Source: Flavobacteriales bacterium
GTDB lineage: Bacteria > Bacteroidota > Bacteroidia > Flavobacteriales > JASBRU01
Assembly (NCBI GenBank): GCA_030149285.1
Contig: JASBRU010000006.1
Location: 64,170-128,169 of the forward strand
DNA: 64,000 nt
Reading direction: 5' to 3'
Positions 63,380 through 64,000 of the stretch are shown piece after piece. The notes under the pieces are model-generated. The model did no database searches, was not told the DNA's origin, and saw only the letters and a program-made list of their open reading frames with translations. Position numbers and translations under genes: made by a program. How positions within the stretch are numbered: position 1 is the first letter of the stretch; the number at the start of each line of letters is the position of its first letter.

Positions 63380-63514
63380 ATGAAAGTTTACCAAAAAATT
63401 ATTGCAATAGCTTTATTAGCAATACTTACTTATAGCTGCAGCAACACACGTGGCTTAGAGCGCCAACAGCGCTGTAATTGCTCTGTAGAAACACCTTTAC
63501 CCAATAATTGCTAA
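63380..63514 (+). CDS. Possible 44-aa Cys-rich lipoprotein (not in the ORF track)
   Basis: Own translation: MKVYQKIIAIALLAILTYSCSNTRGLERQQRCNCSVETPLPNNC. Confidence 0.3.
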   Translation: MKVYQKIIAIALLAILTYSCSNTRGLERQQRCNCSVETPLPNNC

Positions 63515-63518
63515 TACC

Positions 63519-64000
63519 GTGAACCCTACGTACACCTTTGTAAACTATGTAAAGAGTATTGTAAGCTTACCTGCAGATCAGGAAATGAAGTTTGCACAAC
63601 TAATTACCACAAAACAGCTAAAAAAAGGCGAAGAATTTGTGCAAATTGGCAGCCATCCAAAATACATAGGCTACATCAAACAAGGTTTATTTAGGTATTT
63701 GTATGTAGATGATAAAGGAGTAGAGTTTACCAAAACTTTTTTTCCGGAAAACAACATTATAAGCTCATATAGTGCCATTATAGAAAACAGAGCCTCTTAC
63801 TTTGCTATAGAAGCACTTGAAGACTCTGTAATAGAAATAGTAGATTATAAAGAGTTTTCAAAACTGTTTTCTCAACACCATTGTTGGACAGAACTAATTT
63901 CTCAGTTTTTACTAAAAGGCTTTTTAACTAAAGAAGAAAGAGAAAGACAGTTTTTATTGCTAAGTGCAGAGGAGCGCTATCAGAAGTTTTTAGAAAAATA
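63519..64000 (+). CDS. Crp/Fnr-family regulator, 5' part (runs off the right edge)
   Basis: Own translation from GTG 63519: ...LKKGEEFVQIGSHPKYIGYIKQGLFRYLYVDDKGVEFTKTFFPENNIISSYSAII... This is a cNMP-binding beta-roll layout. The start codon is uncertain. Confidence 0.55.
   Translation, partial: MNPTYTFVNYVKSIVSLPADQEMKFAQLITTKQLKKGEEFVQIGSHPKYIGYIKQGLFRYLYVDDKGVEFTKTFFPENNIISSYSAIIENRASYFAIEALEDSVIEIVDYKEFSKLFSQHHCWTELISQFLLKGFLTKEERERQFLLLSAEERYQKFLEK

Noticed and set aside
1-64000. Search by eye for tRNA/tmRNA/rRNA genes, CRISPR arrays, IS elements and integrases, especially at the phage cluster borders.
   Set aside because: I saw no T-loop-type GGTTCGAATCC-like sequence with flanking acceptor stems, no regularly spaced 25-40-nt direct repeats, no terminal inverted repeats flanking a transposase-like ORF, and no recombinase-like ORF. 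A proper tRNAscan-SE/Infernal/ISfinder run is still needed.

Overview
AT-rich Bacteroidota (Flavobacteriia-like) chromosomal window; all calls come from reading the sequence and ORF translations, with no database search.

(1) 1-2.9 kb: end of a capsule/EPS locus on the minus strand (WbpD-like acetyltransferase, WbpB-like oxidoreductase, Wza-like exporter, start of a Wzz/Wzc-like gene).

(2) 3-19.5 kb: cell-surface genes.
- Two LruC-domain lipoprotein paralogues flank a 1.2-kb ORF-free spacer that carries repeated hairpin elements.
- A 916-aa T9SS-sorted protein is followed by a 67-aa mini-protein that is only a signal peptide plus a C-terminal sorting signal.
- An AT-rich operon of secreted proteins is followed by an MBL-fold hydrolase.

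(3) 19.5-40.5 kb: a ~21-kb phage-derived cluster, almost entirely on the minus strand.
- It encodes large terminase, portal, ClpP-like protease/scaffold, capsid, tape measure, tail/fibre proteins and an endolysin. The endolysin is flanked by two sub-60-aa holin-like ORFs missing from the ORF track, followed by a u-spanin-like gene.
- No integrase, repressor or replication gene is recognisable anywhere in the window, and the module order is non-canonical.
- Five envelope-protein genes lie on the opposite strand (three tandem OM beta-barrels, two lipoproteins).
- An AT-rich PD-(D/E)xK nuclease-like gene is wedged between the tape measure and the protease. This is my best candidate for an undescribed defence or exclusion module.
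- A T9 slippery run links two overlapping ORFs in a -1 relationship.
- A 590-bp ORF-poor region with four related hairpins closes the cluster on the right.

(4) 41-64 kb: small stress, regulatory and envelope genes with many paralogue pairs (2x PAS histidine kinase + stand-alone receiver, 3x SRPBCC, 2x SnoaL-like, 2x Crp-like, OM beta-barrels). It also contains MarR, TetR, SDR, AhpD-like, DoxX, MscS and VOC genes, with recognisable operator-like repeats.

No rRNA, tRNA, CRISPR array or transposase was recognised.
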